DNA of 64,000 nt from Chloroflexi bacterium ADurb.Bin180 (GCA_002070215.1 MWCV01000009.1:21778-85777), one strand, 5' to 3'; counted from the first letter of the stretch, positions 1 to 11,300 are shown. The notes: generated by a model from the letters alone, not told the origin. A program made the numbers and translations.

Positions 1-59
1 TTGCTACGTTGAGGGGGCTCGCGGGTGCGGCGAGACGAGCCTGGTGAGGATCTATGTGG

Positions 60-1193
60 CTAGTTGTGTGCCAACTCCGCCGGGCGGAGCTTTAATCCCA
101 TGCGCTCCAGCGTCTCGCGGGTGATGTGCCAGTCCAGAATCCGCCAGCGAAAGCACACCGGTCTCTCCCGCGAAGGATCGTGCGAGAGGTACTTGAGCTG
201 ACCGAGGTAGGTGTACTCGCCGGTCTTGTCCGTGCGCAGAAAGAGGTAGATGTGGTTGCGCCGCTCGTCGTGGCAGATGAACTGCTGCACCCACTTGTCT
301 TCCAGGCCCTGGCCGGGCTGAGACTCCCAGTGCAGCACCCCGTCCTCGGTCACCCACTCGCGGAACTTGTGGTCCGCCTGCTCCTGGCCAAAGGTGACAA
401 AGAAGGCAAAGTCGCCGTCGCGTTCCGGTACCTTGACGATGCCGTGGTAGCCCCAGGTGCCGGTGTAGGGTGTGAAGGGCGCCTTGGGCGCTAGGATGTC
501 GCGGACCTCGCGCCGCGTATAGTCGCGGTAGAGCGTGAGCCCGCCCCCGGCTTGCCAGAGGCCAGCCTGCTCCCGCGCAACTGCCAATTCCGGTGAAGGT
601 GGGTCTCCCGCAGCAGCCGCCCTGGCTTCGCTCTCGGCCAGCAGCGCCGCTTGCTTGCCCGCCTCGGTCAGTTGCCACACGCCGGTGGGTGAGTCGGCCG
701 CCAGCAGACCGCGCTGCACGAGTTTGAGCCTGGCCCATTGCGCCGCGTTGCGCCAGCGGACCGTCCTGGGGCTCGATGGCACGGAACCACGGTCGTGCTC
801 GGTCAGCAGAGGCCCCATGATCTGGCCTACTCGGTCCAGTACCTGCGCCACGCGCGCCGAACCGCCCAGCTCGTGCACCGCCCTTAGCACCGGCTTTTCG
901 AATGCCTCCTGAGGCGTCTTGAGCCCCGACCGCGATGCTCTGCCCAGCTTCTTCCTTCTGCTACGGCGGCGCGGCGCACTCGCGGAGGCCGGGGCCTGCT
1001 CCCACTCGTTCTTGAGGGCCAACACCTTGTCCCGAAAGGCGGCAACCTGCTTACCCTTGGCGGCGAGCTCGCTGGCAGCGCGGAAGTCCCCAGCCGACCC
1101 CGCCGCGGCCACCTTCTTGGCCAGGGCCTCGATGGCCGCCTGGATCTCCTCCAGCACCATATCAAACGCTACCGCGACCCCATTCTCCGCCAT
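60..1193 (-). CDS. DUF3427-domain protein, last gene of the defence operon
   Basis: 377-aa ORF. The C-terminal block 'TPYTGTWGYHGIVKVPERDGDFAFFVTFGQEQADHKFREWVTEDGVLHWESQ...NHIYLFLR' is typical of DUF3427, a domain normally fused to the C-terminus of PLD/helicase defence proteins. An AAGGAG Shine-Dalgarno (SD) sits 6 nt upstream of the ATG at 1193. It lies 86 bp downstream of the PLD-SNF2 gene on the same strand. Confidence 0.7.
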   Translation of the reverse strand: MAENGVAVAFDMVLEEIQAAIEALAKKVAAAGSAGDFRAASELAAKGKQVAAFRDKVLALKNEWEQAPASASAPRRRSRRKKLGRASRSGLKTPQEAFEKPVLRAVHELGGSARVAQVLDRVGQIMGPLLTEHDRGSVPSSPRTVRWRNAAQWARLKLVQRGLLAADSPTGVWQLTEAGKQAALLAESEARAAAAGDPPSPELAVAREQAGLWQAGGGLTLYRDYTRREVRDILAPKAPFTPYTGTWGYHGIVKVPERDGDFAFFVTFGQEQADHKFREWVTEDGVLHWESQPGQGLEDKWVQQFICHDERRNHIYLFLRTDKTGEYTYLGQLKYLSHDPSRERPVCFRWRILDWHITRETLERMGLKLRPAELAHN

Positions 1194-1279
1194 TGGTCAC
1201 TCCTTACGTTGGCTGACCCTCTTCCAGGGCACGGGCCACTATCGCCTCACTGCAGACCAAGCGCGGCAACTCGTCGTGC

Positions 1280-4200
1280 TCATTGCTGCCCGCGAGCGCA
1301 CTCGTTGGCAAGCGTCTCGGCGGCCGCCCATCGCGGGTCGGCGAGAGCTGCGTCCACCTCTGAGCCAGCCACTCTGGCGCGAAGCGAAGCTGCGCTGAGC
1401 GACGCCACATAGAGGTCTATATCCCTCGTCTCGTCGGCTGGCCATTCCGGGTAGTCTCCCAGCAGCCGCACCGCCTGGTGGTAGCGTCCGTTCTTTGTCC
1501 CCTCGCGCTGGACGGCCTGCCGCAGCAGCTCGGTGAGGTTCCCGTCGCTCATGCAGCGCAGAGTGCGCCCCAGCTCTCGCAGCAGCCGATTGCGGGCCGC
1601 CTCGACCTGCGCGCGCAAGCCGTCTTGCTCAGTCCTTTGCGTTGCCTCGGCCAGTGCATCCACGCGCTCCCGGGCTGCCCGCTGCGCCTCTTGGCTGGCG
1701 ATAACGACCAGGGCCGGCGATGCGCTCTGACCTGCCCAACGCGCCAGTAGCTCGCGCAGCTCAGCAGCCGACTTGACCGTCACGATGCCTCTCTCTCCCA
1801 GCCAGCGGGCCTCGGCACAGCGAAAGGCCCCATTCTGGGCCTGGGCCAGAACCAGCGGTAGCCGGCTGCCCACCGGAAGGCGACCAGCCAGGTCTTGAAT
1901 CGCTTGACTGCCGAGGGTGAGTGGCAGCAGGCTTGGGTCACGCTCCAGCGCCTCACGTTCCGTGGTCACGTCCGCTGCTCTGCGAATGCCGTGTAGATGC
2001 CACGCACCGCCCTTGCGGCGCCGAGAGGCGCGCACCGGTCCCTCGAGCTTGGCCAGCTCCTCGAGGGCCTGCTCCAGATCCGGCCTGCTGACGGGCGGAG
2101 TGGGGCGCTCCTGCCTCTTGGCCGAGGCATCGGCGTACGCCGCCATGACCATCTCGTCGGCTTGCAGTCGGCCAGCCAGGTCCTTCAGGGACGCCAGCAA
2201 CCCGTCCATCTCCGAGCTGGATAGGGGTCTCTGCAGTACCCCACGCGCCGCTGCCAGCACCGGCTGCATCGGTCCCACATAGTGCTCAAACAGGCCGCAG
2301 CGCTCGCGCAGCAATTCGTACACGCGCAGGTCAACGCTGTCGTCGAGGAACAGGTTACGGATGGGCAGCACGGGCGCCTGCTGGCCGATGCGGTCAATGC
2401 GGCCGATGCGCTGCTCCACCTTGCTCGGGTTCCAGGGAAGGTCATAGTTGATCAGCGCGCTCGCCGCCTGGAGGTTCAATCCCTCGCTCGCGGCATCGGT
2501 GCAGATCAGAATCCTGATCCGACCATCGCTGAGCCGTTCGGTCACCTCAGCGCGGCTGACCTGGTGCCATTGACCGCCCTCCAGCACCTGACCACCGCTG
2601 CCGCTGAAGCAGCCCAACGTCTGCCCATAGACCGGCCGCAGCCGGTCCCGCAGGTATTCCATCGTATCCTGGTACTCGCTGAACACCAGCACCGACCTGC
2701 CACCTGCCGCGACCTCATCCAGCAGCCTGGAGAACCGCATGAGCTTGCTGTCGGTACTGCCCAGCGCATCCAGCCGCTGCAACAGATGGTCGATTTCGTA
2801 CGCCTCCTGCTCGGCGGCCTGCGGCGTCGATGGAGCGGCCGGATCGATGCGCTCGTCCATACCGGCATCGGCCAGGTCGCGTGCGTCCATCTGCTCCCCT
2901 TCGGGTTTCAGCCAGGCCTCCCACCATTCCCGCCGCATGACCTTTTCGCACAGTTGCCGGCGTCGCTCCAAGCTGCGACGCAGGGCCAGCGGACAACTCG
3001 CGGCTCGCCGCCGGTACACCGTCATCACGAAACCTTTGCCGCCCTTTTCTCTCTCGAGCTCGTCAAAGCGGCGGTCGATGTAGCTAGTGATGGCCACGTA
3101 CGAGTCTCGCTCCGCCTGGTCCTCATAATCAAATAGTACGTCGTGTACGTCCCGCCTGGCAGGCGGCTGCGGCAGCAAGCCCATCTGATAATACCCGTGC
3201 AGGGTGCGGCGGGTGTTGCGATGCATTCGCCGGCCTAGCGGCGCGCCGTGCCGCAACCATTCAGCGATGCCCGCGCGCTGGGGGCCCATGGTGTGAAAGG
3301 CCAGGTTCTGCGCTGTCTGAGACACGCTTCTGGCCACAATCCCGCCCGGGCCAGCCGGAAAATCCCGGTCGGAAAGAATGAGCCGTGCCACCCGTTCTGC
3401 CTCTGACAGGGGTAGCGCCTTGGTGCGCAGCTTGGCCAGTGCGCCATAGTAGCCGCGTACCTCGTCGAACTCGACCATCCAACGGCCGCCGATGCCCAGG
3501 ACGGACAGCAAGTCCCAGGGCTCCCACGGCCTGGTTTGCATCGGAGTGGCGCTGAGCAGCAGGATGCCGCGCGTGCGGCGCTTGAGCTGCAAGTCCCGCA
3601 ACAGCTCGAGCAAGAGGGTCCCCGAGTTGAACTCGCCTTCTATGTCTGACCGCCGCCGTGCCGCGTGGGCCTCGTCTAGCAGGACCAGGTCCCACGGCGG
3701 TGCGCTTAGCACGGCCTCGCGGTTGCCCGAAAGGCGGGCCCACTCACGGCTCAGCAGTAGCACTGGCTCATGGGCCAGGGCCGTCGCTGGGTCGGTTGGT
3801 GCTGCTCGTCCGTCTGGCCACATCAGCTTGCCGCCGTCGCAGATGGGCACGATCAGCCCACCCTTCTCTCGTAGCTCGTCTTGCCACTGCTTGAGCAAGC
3901 CGGCTGGCACCAGCAACAGCGCCCTCTGTACGCCGCCGCCGGTCAATAGTCGCCTGAGGGCCAGAATGGCTTCGATCGTCTTGCCCATGCCCACTTCATC
4001 GCACAACATTCGGCCTGCCGGGAAGGCCGCGGCACAGTCGTCGACCACCGGTCCCTGATGCGGCCAGAGGTCGACGGGCGCCGTAGCGTCGCAGGCCAGT
4101 TGCCCGTCCGGTAGGTAGGGGGCCACCGCCAGCCAGTTCCACAGCATCGCTGCTCTGGCGCTTGGTAGGTCGAGAGTGACCTCCCCGGGGGGCTCAGTGG

Positions 4201-4906
4201 GGGCTAGCTTGACCAGCTCGAGTCGCACGGCATCGGGCAAGGGCAAGGAGGTGACGTACTCGTCGCGGTCCTGCCACAGTTCCTCGAAACGAGACCGGTA
4301 ATAATCGGTGAAGCTGCTATCGTTCCACGAAGTGCGCAGCTCCACTTCCTCATAGTTCTCGACCAGCGCCGAGCCGCTCTCGTTGTCGCTGCCCATAAAG
4401 GCCACACGCTGGCCGTATTCGTCGGTGATCACGCCGAACTTGGCATGGCTCATGCCCCCAAAACGCCGCATGACGCCTACGCGCACTTCCAGCCAGCCCT
4501 TGGCCACCAGCCACGCCAGCATGGCCAGGCGGTTCTTTTCCAGGGCCGATTGGGGGGTTTTGAACTGTGCCAGGAGGCGGCGCACCAGTGGCTCCTGGTC
4601 GCCAGTGGTCAGCAGCGCTCGCAGGTCGTCCGGGTCGAGATGCTCGTTCACTAGCAGCCGCACCGCCGGCTTGGGCGCCTGGTCGCCCAGCCGTTGCAGA
4701 TTCTCGATAAAGCCACCAAAGCCGCGCGCCGCCACGCTGAGGACGTGGCTGGAAAAGTAGCCACAACAGCGGTCATAGCTCACGGCGCAGCGGAGGGCCG
4801 GAACGTACAACTGGTTCAGCAGCTCGGGGTCGGGAGCTCGCAGCCGGTCAGGCCAAGTGTGCTGGCGCAGCCCCAGTCCCTCGCTCGCATTGCTGCCCAT
4901 GAGCAT
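1280..4906 (-). CDS. PLD(HKD) nuclease-like domain fused to an SNF2-family helicase
   Basis: 1208 aa. The N-terminal HKD motif is 'HAKFGVITDEYGQRVAFMGSDNES' (HxK(x)4D(x)6GSxN). SNF2 motifs are 'DEVGMGKT' (I), 'LLDEAH' (II), 'LLLSATP' (III) and 'QRIGRIDRIGQ' (VI). A GGGAGG SD precedes the ATG at 4906. Confidence 0.85.
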   Translation of the reverse strand: MLMGSNASEGLGLRQHTWPDRLRAPDPELLNQLYVPALRCAVSYDRCCGYFSSHVLSVAARGFGGFIENLQRLGDQAPKPAVRLLVNEHLDPDDLRALLTTGDQEPLVRRLLAQFKTPQSALEKNRLAMLAWLVAKGWLEVRVGVMRRFGGMSHAKFGVITDEYGQRVAFMGSDNESGSALVENYEEVELRTSWNDSSFTDYYRSRFEELWQDRDEYVTSLPLPDAVRLELVKLAPTEPPGEVTLDLPSARAAMLWNWLAVAPYLPDGQLACDATAPVDLWPHQGPVVDDCAAAFPAGRMLCDEVGMGKTIEAILALRRLLTGGGVQRALLLVPAGLLKQWQDELREKGGLIVPICDGGKLMWPDGRAAPTDPATALAHEPVLLLSREWARLSGNREAVLSAPPWDLVLLDEAHAARRRSDIEGEFNSGTLLLELLRDLQLKRRTRGILLLSATPMQTRPWEPWDLLSVLGIGGRWMVEFDEVRGYYGALAKLRTKALPLSEAERVARLILSDRDFPAGPGGIVARSVSQTAQNLAFHTMGPQRAGIAEWLRHGAPLGRRMHRNTRRTLHGYYQMGLLPQPPARRDVHDVLFDYEDQAERDSYVAITSYIDRRFDELEREKGGKGFVMTVYRRRAASCPLALRRSLERRRQLCEKVMRREWWEAWLKPEGEQMDARDLADAGMDERIDPAAPSTPQAAEQEAYEIDHLLQRLDALGSTDSKLMRFSRLLDEVAAGGRSVLVFSEYQDTMEYLRDRLRPVYGQTLGCFSGSGGQVLEGGQWHQVSRAEVTERLSDGRIRILICTDAASEGLNLQAASALINYDLPWNPSKVEQRIGRIDRIGQQAPVLPIRNLFLDDSVDLRVYELLRERCGLFEHYVGPMQPVLAAARGVLQRPLSSSEMDGLLASLKDLAGRLQADEMVMAAYADASAKRQERPTPPVSRPDLEQALEELAKLEGPVRASRRRKGGAWHLHGIRRAADVTTEREALERDPSLLPLTLGSQAIQDLAGRLPVGSRLPLVLAQAQNGAFRCAEARWLGERGIVTVKSAAELRELLARWAGQSASPALVVIASQEAQRAARERVDALAEATQRTEQDGLRAQVEAARNRLLRELGRTLRCMSDGNLTELLRQAVQREGTKNGRYHQAVRLLGDYPEWPADETRDIDLYVASLSAASLRARVAGSEVDAALADPRWAAAETLANECARGQQ

Positions 4907-4946
4907 CTTCCTCCCTCTCTCCTCATCGCGGCACCGCTAGTTACTG

Positions 4947-7865
4947 CTAGGCCTCGTACTCTTCCTCGTCCTCTTTGAGCAGCCGCGGCTGCGCTTGCAC
5001 TGGCGCTCTCCACTCTGGCGCCGGCAAGGAAAACAGCGGCCCCAGCAGCTCGTGCCAGGCGCGGAATTCGGGGAATTTGTCCGCCGCAGTGGTCTTGCCC
5101 CTTTTGCCGGGGAACTGCACCGCCGGCGGCGCGGCCTTGACCAGGGCATCCATCAGCCGGGCACAGGGGCTAGCGGCACCCCACCCCTGCTGGCGCGCCA
5201 TGCCGCGCGCCGCGCCAATGCCGGCCTGCCCGGCACCGGCCTCGGCGTAGCGCAAGGCCAGGGCGTGACAGGCATCGATGGCGGTATGGAAAGTCTCATC
5301 TGCGGGGTGAATGAGCCGCACGGTGCGACTGCGGCGGCCGCCCCCGACCCCGGGCAGCTCCATCTGCTCTTCCTTGCGCTTCAGTGCCTTTTCCCGGCGT
5401 CGCTCCTTGGCCGAGAGCAGGCGCACCTTGTCGCCGCTCTTTTCCACCAGCCCGGCACTCACCAGGCTGTTCACGTCCATGCCCACCGAGCGGCCGAGCA
5501 GCATGGCCTCGTTAAAGCGGAACTCTTGCGCCGCCAGCACATCCCAACACAAGAGCACAAAGCGGCTCTCGGCATCGACCCCCGTCAGGCCGCGCTCGGC
5601 GAGCTGGGCTGCGCGCCAGTCGGCCACGGCGTCGGCCGCAGCCTGTATGGCCTGGCTCACGCCCACCGGTTCGCCGGTGTCGGTCTTGACCGCGGCATAG
5701 CGGGTAAAGACCTGCATCGCTGGGCCAAAGGCGCCCACTAGCTGGTCCACTGCGGTCAACCCCTCGGCCTTGAGGCGGCTGGCGGTGCTCTGGGCGGCCT
5801 GGCGGATTTCGGCTTGCATCGCCTCGTCAAAGTAGCCACGCTCGGCCCCCGGCTCGCGCTTGCGCGCCACCAGCAGCACCGTGCTTTGGGCGGCGTTCTT
5901 GTTGGCCTGGTGCAGGCTGTGCTGGCTCTCGGTGCGCACTGGCCAGGTCGCGCTGATGGTGAAGCCGGCATCGATCAGCGACTGGAACAGGTTGGCCCAG
6001 GCGTCCTGTTGCTTGTGCGTGAACATCACCGTGAGCACGCCGTCGTCGCGGAGCACGCGATGGCACTCGCGGAAGATGTCGGTCATGAGCTGCTGGTAAA
6101 AGGCGTGCGCCTTGACCCGGGCTTCTCCCTTCTCCTGGTCGTCCTCGCGGTGGCGGCTGAGGTTGACCACCGCCTCCTGATCGTGCTCCGACAGGTAGGT
6201 GGAGAACCACTCGGGCCGGCGGTGGCCCTGGGTGCGCTTGAGCCAGACGTAGAAGAAATCGGCCAGCTCCGAGTACTGTACGTTGTCGGCATAGGGCGGA
6301 TCGACCACTACAGCGGTCACGGACTGGTCCCCCAGGTCAACCAGATGAGTGGCGCTGCCCTGGGTGACGGTGACCGGCTGTACGTGCTCGGCGCGCGGGA
6401 GCCTGGCAATATCCTCGTAGGCCTCGAGAACGTTGTCGATGGCCCAGGCCAGGCCCGCGCCCGAAACGCAGGCCGCCAGCTCCCCAAACGTCGCCTTGAA
6501 GGCATAGTCGTGTCGGTCCCACTTCCCAGCGATGACGCAGCGCCCGGCGTCCCACCTTCCCAGGATGCAGTTAAAGTTGCAGAACTTGTCAGCGATGAAT
6601 GCCAGCAGGTGCACCACCGCCTCGCCCAACTCCTGGCCCTCGGCCTCGAGGATCTCTGGCCGCAACCGACGCAGCTCCTCCACCAGCAGACCCATGGCCA
6701 GCAGTTGCCGCGGCGCGAACATATCGGCAAAGGTACGCATGCCAACGTTGAGCGGCTCCTTGGTCTTGTCGCCCAGGGGGATTTGCTCCGTGGGAACGAT
6801 GCCATCCCTCTCCCAGTCTGGCCTCAGGCGCTTGAGCTCGCGCTCGGCCGCCTGCAGCGCCTCGAAATCCCGCTTTTCCGGCGGGCGGAACTCGAGCTTG
6901 CGCGCTTTGGTGGCCACGGCATAGAGGCGATACCCCATCTGGCCCTGCTGAGCCAGGGCCTTGATCGTCTCCGACGGGATTTCCTCCTGGGTAAAGAGCG
7001 ACCAACCCCGGCCGCCGTCGTAGGTAGGCTGTGGCGCCGTGCGCAACTGTCCAGCACCCTTGCCCACCTGGCGCACGCGGATGGTCCACTCGCCCTTGGC
7101 GCGGTTGGTCACCACCGGTTCAGCCACGATGTGCGGCCCGCCCTTGACCCGCGATAGGCTCCAGTCTCCCACCAGAGGCGTGGGGTGGCCGGTGCCGGGG
7201 CAAGGCACCGTGCGCGCAAAGATGTAGGTGTAGGCGGGTATCGGCCCCTCGACGGCATAGAACTCGGACATCCGCTCCACGAACCGGTCGCGCCAAATAG
7301 CGGCCCACTTCCTCGCTGCTGTTGCTGGGTTGGACCCCAGGCGCAGCGGGTAGTCGACCGTCGCTTCCAGGATAGAGCAGGCGACCGGGCTGTACTCATT
7401 GGCCATAGCGATCAGTCCGAGTCTCGCTGCCTCCAGCGGGATTGACCCGCCACCGGCCATGGGATCGAGTGTCGTGGGCACTTGGCCCCAGGTCGCGTGC
7501 AGGGCCTGGTGCATCCGCTCTACGTCGGGCTCTCTAATGGTAGCGGAGAAGGCCCGCGGTCCATGCGGATTGGGAATGCGTTCGGTCGCGTCGCCCCTGC
7601 CCTCCAAGACCTGGCTATTTCGCGCAATGGTTGCCGAGTCCGCATAGAACCCCAGCAGCCGCTCGAAAACGTCGTGCGGAAAGTCAGCCGGTAGGAGCGA
7701 TCCCAACACCGCGGCGCGGGAGATGGTCAGCGGCCGCCGGGCCCACCACACGTGCAGGCGGTTTGGCGGCGGATGCAGGCCGGTGCTGTTCTCGCGCATA
7801 CACTCTACGCCGATGGCCTGGGCTGGCAGCCAGTCTTCAATCAGTACGCGTCGTTTTGGGTTCAT
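4947..7865 (-). CDS. DUF1156-type N6-adenine DNA methyltransferase
   Basis: 972 aa. The N-terminus 'LIEDWLPAQAIGVECMRE...LHVWWARRPL' is characteristic of DUF1156. The SAM-binding motif I is 'LDPMAGGGSIPLEA' and the catalytic motif IV is 'VVVDPPYADNV' (DPPY). A GGAGG SD is present. Its start codon overlaps the stop of the upstream small ORF (ATGA). Confidence 0.85.
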   Translation of the reverse strand: MNPKRRVLIEDWLPAQAIGVECMRENSTGLHPPPNRLHVWWARRPLTISRAAVLGSLLPADFPHDVFERLLGFYADSATIARNSQVLEGRGDATERIPNPHGPRAFSATIREPDVERMHQALHATWGQVPTTLDPMAGGGSIPLEAARLGLIAMANEYSPVACSILEATVDYPLRLGSNPATAARKWAAIWRDRFVERMSEFYAVEGPIPAYTYIFARTVPCPGTGHPTPLVGDWSLSRVKGGPHIVAEPVVTNRAKGEWTIRVRQVGKGAGQLRTAPQPTYDGGRGWSLFTQEEIPSETIKALAQQGQMGYRLYAVATKARKLEFRPPEKRDFEALQAAERELKRLRPDWERDGIVPTEQIPLGDKTKEPLNVGMRTFADMFAPRQLLAMGLLVEELRRLRPEILEAEGQELGEAVVHLLAFIADKFCNFNCILGRWDAGRCVIAGKWDRHDYAFKATFGELAACVSGAGLAWAIDNVLEAYEDIARLPRAEHVQPVTVTQGSATHLVDLGDQSVTAVVVDPPYADNVQYSELADFFYVWLKRTQGHRRPEWFSTYLSEHDQEAVVNLSRHREDDQEKGEARVKAHAFYQQLMTDIFRECHRVLRDDGVLTVMFTHKQQDAWANLFQSLIDAGFTISATWPVRTESQHSLHQANKNAAQSTVLLVARKREPGAERGYFDEAMQAEIRQAAQSTASRLKAEGLTAVDQLVGAFGPAMQVFTRYAAVKTDTGEPVGVSQAIQAAADAVADWRAAQLAERGLTGVDAESRFVLLCWDVLAAQEFRFNEAMLLGRSVGMDVNSLVSAGLVEKSGDKVRLLSAKERRREKALKRKEEQMELPGVGGGRRSRTVRLIHPADETFHTAIDACHALALRYAEAGAGQAGIGAARGMARQQGWGAASPCARLMDALVKAAPPAVQFPGKRGKTTAADKFPEFRAWHELLGPLFSLPAPEWRAPVQAQPRLLKEDEEEYEA

Positions 7866-8323
7866 CGCACTGCCTCCATCAGGATGCGGAACGCGCGCAG
7901 CGCGCGTGTGTTATCGACCTGACCCAGCAGCCCTAGCCACCAGGCTGCCTGGTCGCCCGGGGTGTGGCGGATGTGCTTGGCCGCCAGCAGCAAGCGCTCG
8001 CCATCGCGCAGGCCAGCGGCGAGCAGCCCGTAGCAGGCCACCCGTGCCCCCCAGTCGGCATCCAACGGGTGGAAGGCCCCCCGCGAAAGCACGTCCTCGC
8101 TCCTCTGGCCAGCCTCAGCTTCGTTTCGTCCGGCCAGCACGGCCTGGCGCAACATCATCGCCGCCGCCCCAAAGCACAAGGGGCTCAGCGCGGCCACACG
8201 TCGCAGTCGGTCTCGGCCGGCGTTGTTGGCCTGGCGGCGGTAGATCACCGCTGCCGTGCCACCCTTGCGGTCAACAACGCGCAGGGCAAAAGGCGCCTGC
8301 CTGGTTGGGCTAGCTGGCACCAC
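7862..8323 (-). CDS. small hypothetical protein (153 aa) coupled between the ATPase and methylase genes
   Basis: The ORF overlaps the methylase start by 4 nt (ATGA) and the ATPase gene's 3' end by 14 nt, which is a translational-coupling geometry. It may correspond to the small conserved ORF that usually sits between DUF499 and DUF1156 genes, but this was not verifiable here. In high-GC DNA a spurious ORF remains possible. Confidence 0.45.
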   Translation of the reverse strand: MVPASPTRQAPFALRVVDRKGGTAAVIYRRQANNAGRDRLRRVAALSPLCFGAAAMMLRQAVLAGRNEAEAGQRSEDVLSRGAFHPLDADWGARVACYGLLAAGLRDGERLLLAAKHIRHTPGDQAAWWLGLLGQVDNTRALRAFRILMEAVR

Positions 8324-11300
8324 TGGTCTCCTCCTCGCCGAACTCGGCCTCTACCGACACCGTGCCAGCGGCCTTGACTTTCGCGTTGCGCACCGGTTCC
8401 TCGCCCAGGGGCCTGGCCGGCGCGGCCAAGTCGAGCGCCAACGACGCGCTGAACTGCACCGTGGCGGCATTGCAGGCCCGCTGCATCTCCCTGGCTCGCT
8501 CGATGGGCTTGAGCGGAGAGCTGTGCTTGACGTCGTTGACGGCGAAAAAGAGCTGGCCTCCGCCCGACAACTCTCCCGAGACATTGACGCTCAGCCATAG
8601 GGCCCGCGCCCCAAACGGCTGCGCGATGTCGATGAGGTCGCCGGCGCGGTCCAAAGAGTTGGTCGACAGGGTCAGCCGTAGCAGCGGCCGCCGTGCCGCG
8701 TACTTGACCGCCTCGTCCCACTCCTTAGTGCTGACCGTCTTGGCCTCGCCGCTCGGATGCCAGGCGCGGTACTTGTCGTCAACCACCACCATCAACTGGC
8801 CGTCTACCTCTTGCCCGTTCAACTGGCCGGCGTCAATGGCGTCGCGCACCTTTTGCTCGCTGGTGAACTTGTCGGTGGCTGCCTGATGGATAGTGAGCAG
8901 CTCGCCTGATGGTGCGGCCGCCACCTGCTGCCAGGCCGAGGCGCAGGGCGCGCTGGACGGTGCCAGCAGTACGTCGCTGCTTAGACTGAACGCCGGACAC
9001 TGGACACCGGCCTGCAGCGAGCGCTGCTCGGGCGGTCCCGTATAGCAGCCCTGCCGGGCATAGACAGACCCGTCGGGCAACCGCAGCAAGAGCCGGCCTT
9101 CTTCAATGGCTTTGCGGATGGCCTTGCGCACCGGTTCCTCGTCGCGCATCAGGCGCAATCGAGGACTGGCCAGGGCGCGTTCGTGCACCGCGCTGGCCAG
9201 TACGGCGCCGTCGTGCTCCAGCGAAGGTGTGGCCCCCTTGACCAGCTCGTCTAGCAACAGGTCCACGTCCAAGGCATCGCCGGCCTCATAGATCAAGTGC
9301 TTGTCGTCCAGCATGTCCTTCAGTTTCGTCTGACCATCGACGTCCCTGAGCGGCCCCACATTGGAGACCAGATACTCCTCAGTCAGGGTGACCGATGGCC
9401 GGCCCTGGAAGACCACGCGGTTGAAGGCGCGCAAAGTCTGGCGGCGCGCCGTGAGCTGCAGGTCCGGCAGCAGTGCCTTGACCTCGTCGAGCAACGGGGT
9501 GGTGCGGGTCCGGCCGGTGCAGCGCTCCTGCTCCTGGCGCTGGATCTCTTGCGCCACAGTGAGCCGGCGCGTGGCCTGGGCCGCAACTTCGAACTGTGCC
9601 GGTGTAGCCGCGATGCCCAGGATCGCGTTGCGGAAGCGGCGCGGGAACCGGTTGCCCGCATCGGCCTCCTCGGTATAGTCGCATATCTCCTGGGCGAGCG
9701 CCTCGGATTCAGTCAGCACCAGCTTGAGCTGGGCACTATCGGCTACGGCGCTGGGACCGTTGGGGTAAGCCACCAGAGTAAAGACAGTACCGCGAAAGTA
9801 GTTGTGGGCCATCGTGCGCACCGCCTGCCGGGCGTCTTCGCTGCTGACAGTGCCGCTGCGCTCCTCGATGATCTTGTTGATGTTGGGCTCATAGCGGAAC
9901 TGGAAGCGAGTGCGGCCCTCATCGTGGTAGATGTGCCAGCAGTGTTGGAGCAGCCGGTCCACGGCCTCGCCTGGCTCCGAGCCGGTCTCGTTCGGGCGGA
10001 GCACAGCCAGGGTGAGGTCGGCCTTGCTCATGGTGGCCCTTTCGTTCAGCGGCAGGCTTTCGAGCAGCAGGGCGGTCGCCACACGGCGATGGACGTCCGA
10101 TCCCTGCACCTCATCGAGCTGTCGTGCGTGACGCAGCACGTCGGCATTGACGGACGGCTTGAACGAGTCGCGGTGCAGCCGGTCGAGCAGGTCGGCCTGG
10201 ATGCGGCTACTGCCCCAGTCGAGGTCGCCGGCCGAGATGAGGAACAGGTCGCGCTCTTGCTCCCACACATCGCGGACGATGCGGGCAAACAGGCGCAGCG
10301 TGCCGCGGCTCTTGTGGAAATCCTGCAGTGCGGCCAGGCGATCCTGTGCCGTCTCTAGCAGGCGGGGATGGAAGGGATAGGTGCGGGAAATGACCTTGGC
10401 ATAGTCAACGGCGGCTCCACCGGGCAGTGCCTCGGGCAGCTCAGCCTTGACCCGCTCGTAGGCACGGTAATACTCGCTGGAGGCAGTCTCCGCTGCGCCT
10501 CGCTCTATATGTTCAAAGAGGCGGCGCACAATGACTTCCGCCGCCTCCTTGCCGACGGGGTCAAAGCCGCTCGCCCTGCGACCGATGATGCCGTCCAAGT
10601 CGCTTGCTGCTGCGCTTAGCCTGGTGGCTTCGATCAGCTCGTGCGCCTGCTTGGCGTACACGGGCTGACCGGCCGGGTCCGTGAGCACCAGCACCGCCTG
10701 GCGTCGTGCCCCTACCTCGGCCATCAGCGTAGAAACGAACGAGAGCACGGCATTCTTCTCCTGTTCGTTCAAGATAGCCATATACATCACCAGCTCATCG
10801 AGGAGGATGAGCACCGGGCCGTCGGGTAGCATCTCACGCACCTTGCTGGCTGGGGGCACGTCGTCTGGCGAGTCCATCGCTTCGATCGCCCGGTACGCCG
10901 GCTCTCCGCCCAGTTGATAGGCCACCTCGCCCCACAGGCTGTGGACCTTGATAGCTCCATGCTCCGCAACCAGGGATTTGCCAAAGGCCCGCGCATCGAG
11001 CCCGGCTACGGCAACCCTACGTGGCCGGCCGGCGGCGGGCAGGAGTTGCGTTCCCAGCGTGGGCCTGGCGATGTTGTGCGCCAGGTGCCACAGCGCGATG
11101 AGGGTGTGGGTCTTGCCGCCGCCAAACCCAGTGCTCAGGCGGAGCGGAAAACCGGCCTCGTTGGGATTGGCCAGACGGTCGAAAACCGTGGTGACGACCT
11201 TCTTGAGTGTCGCGGTCGGGTAGGTGTTGGCGAAGAACCGCTCGGGATCCTGGTACACACTAGGGGCTACCCCGCCGACGACTTGGCCGAAATCGGCCGC

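Noticed and set aside
5814-7157. 447-aa plus-strand ORF inside the methylase gene, plus similar antisense ORFs inside the helicase and ATPase genes (for example 2282..3136 and 9297..10358).
   Set aside because: They lie entirely within well-supported minus-strand genes and have a biased Arg/Leu/Ala composition. There is no SD or motif support.
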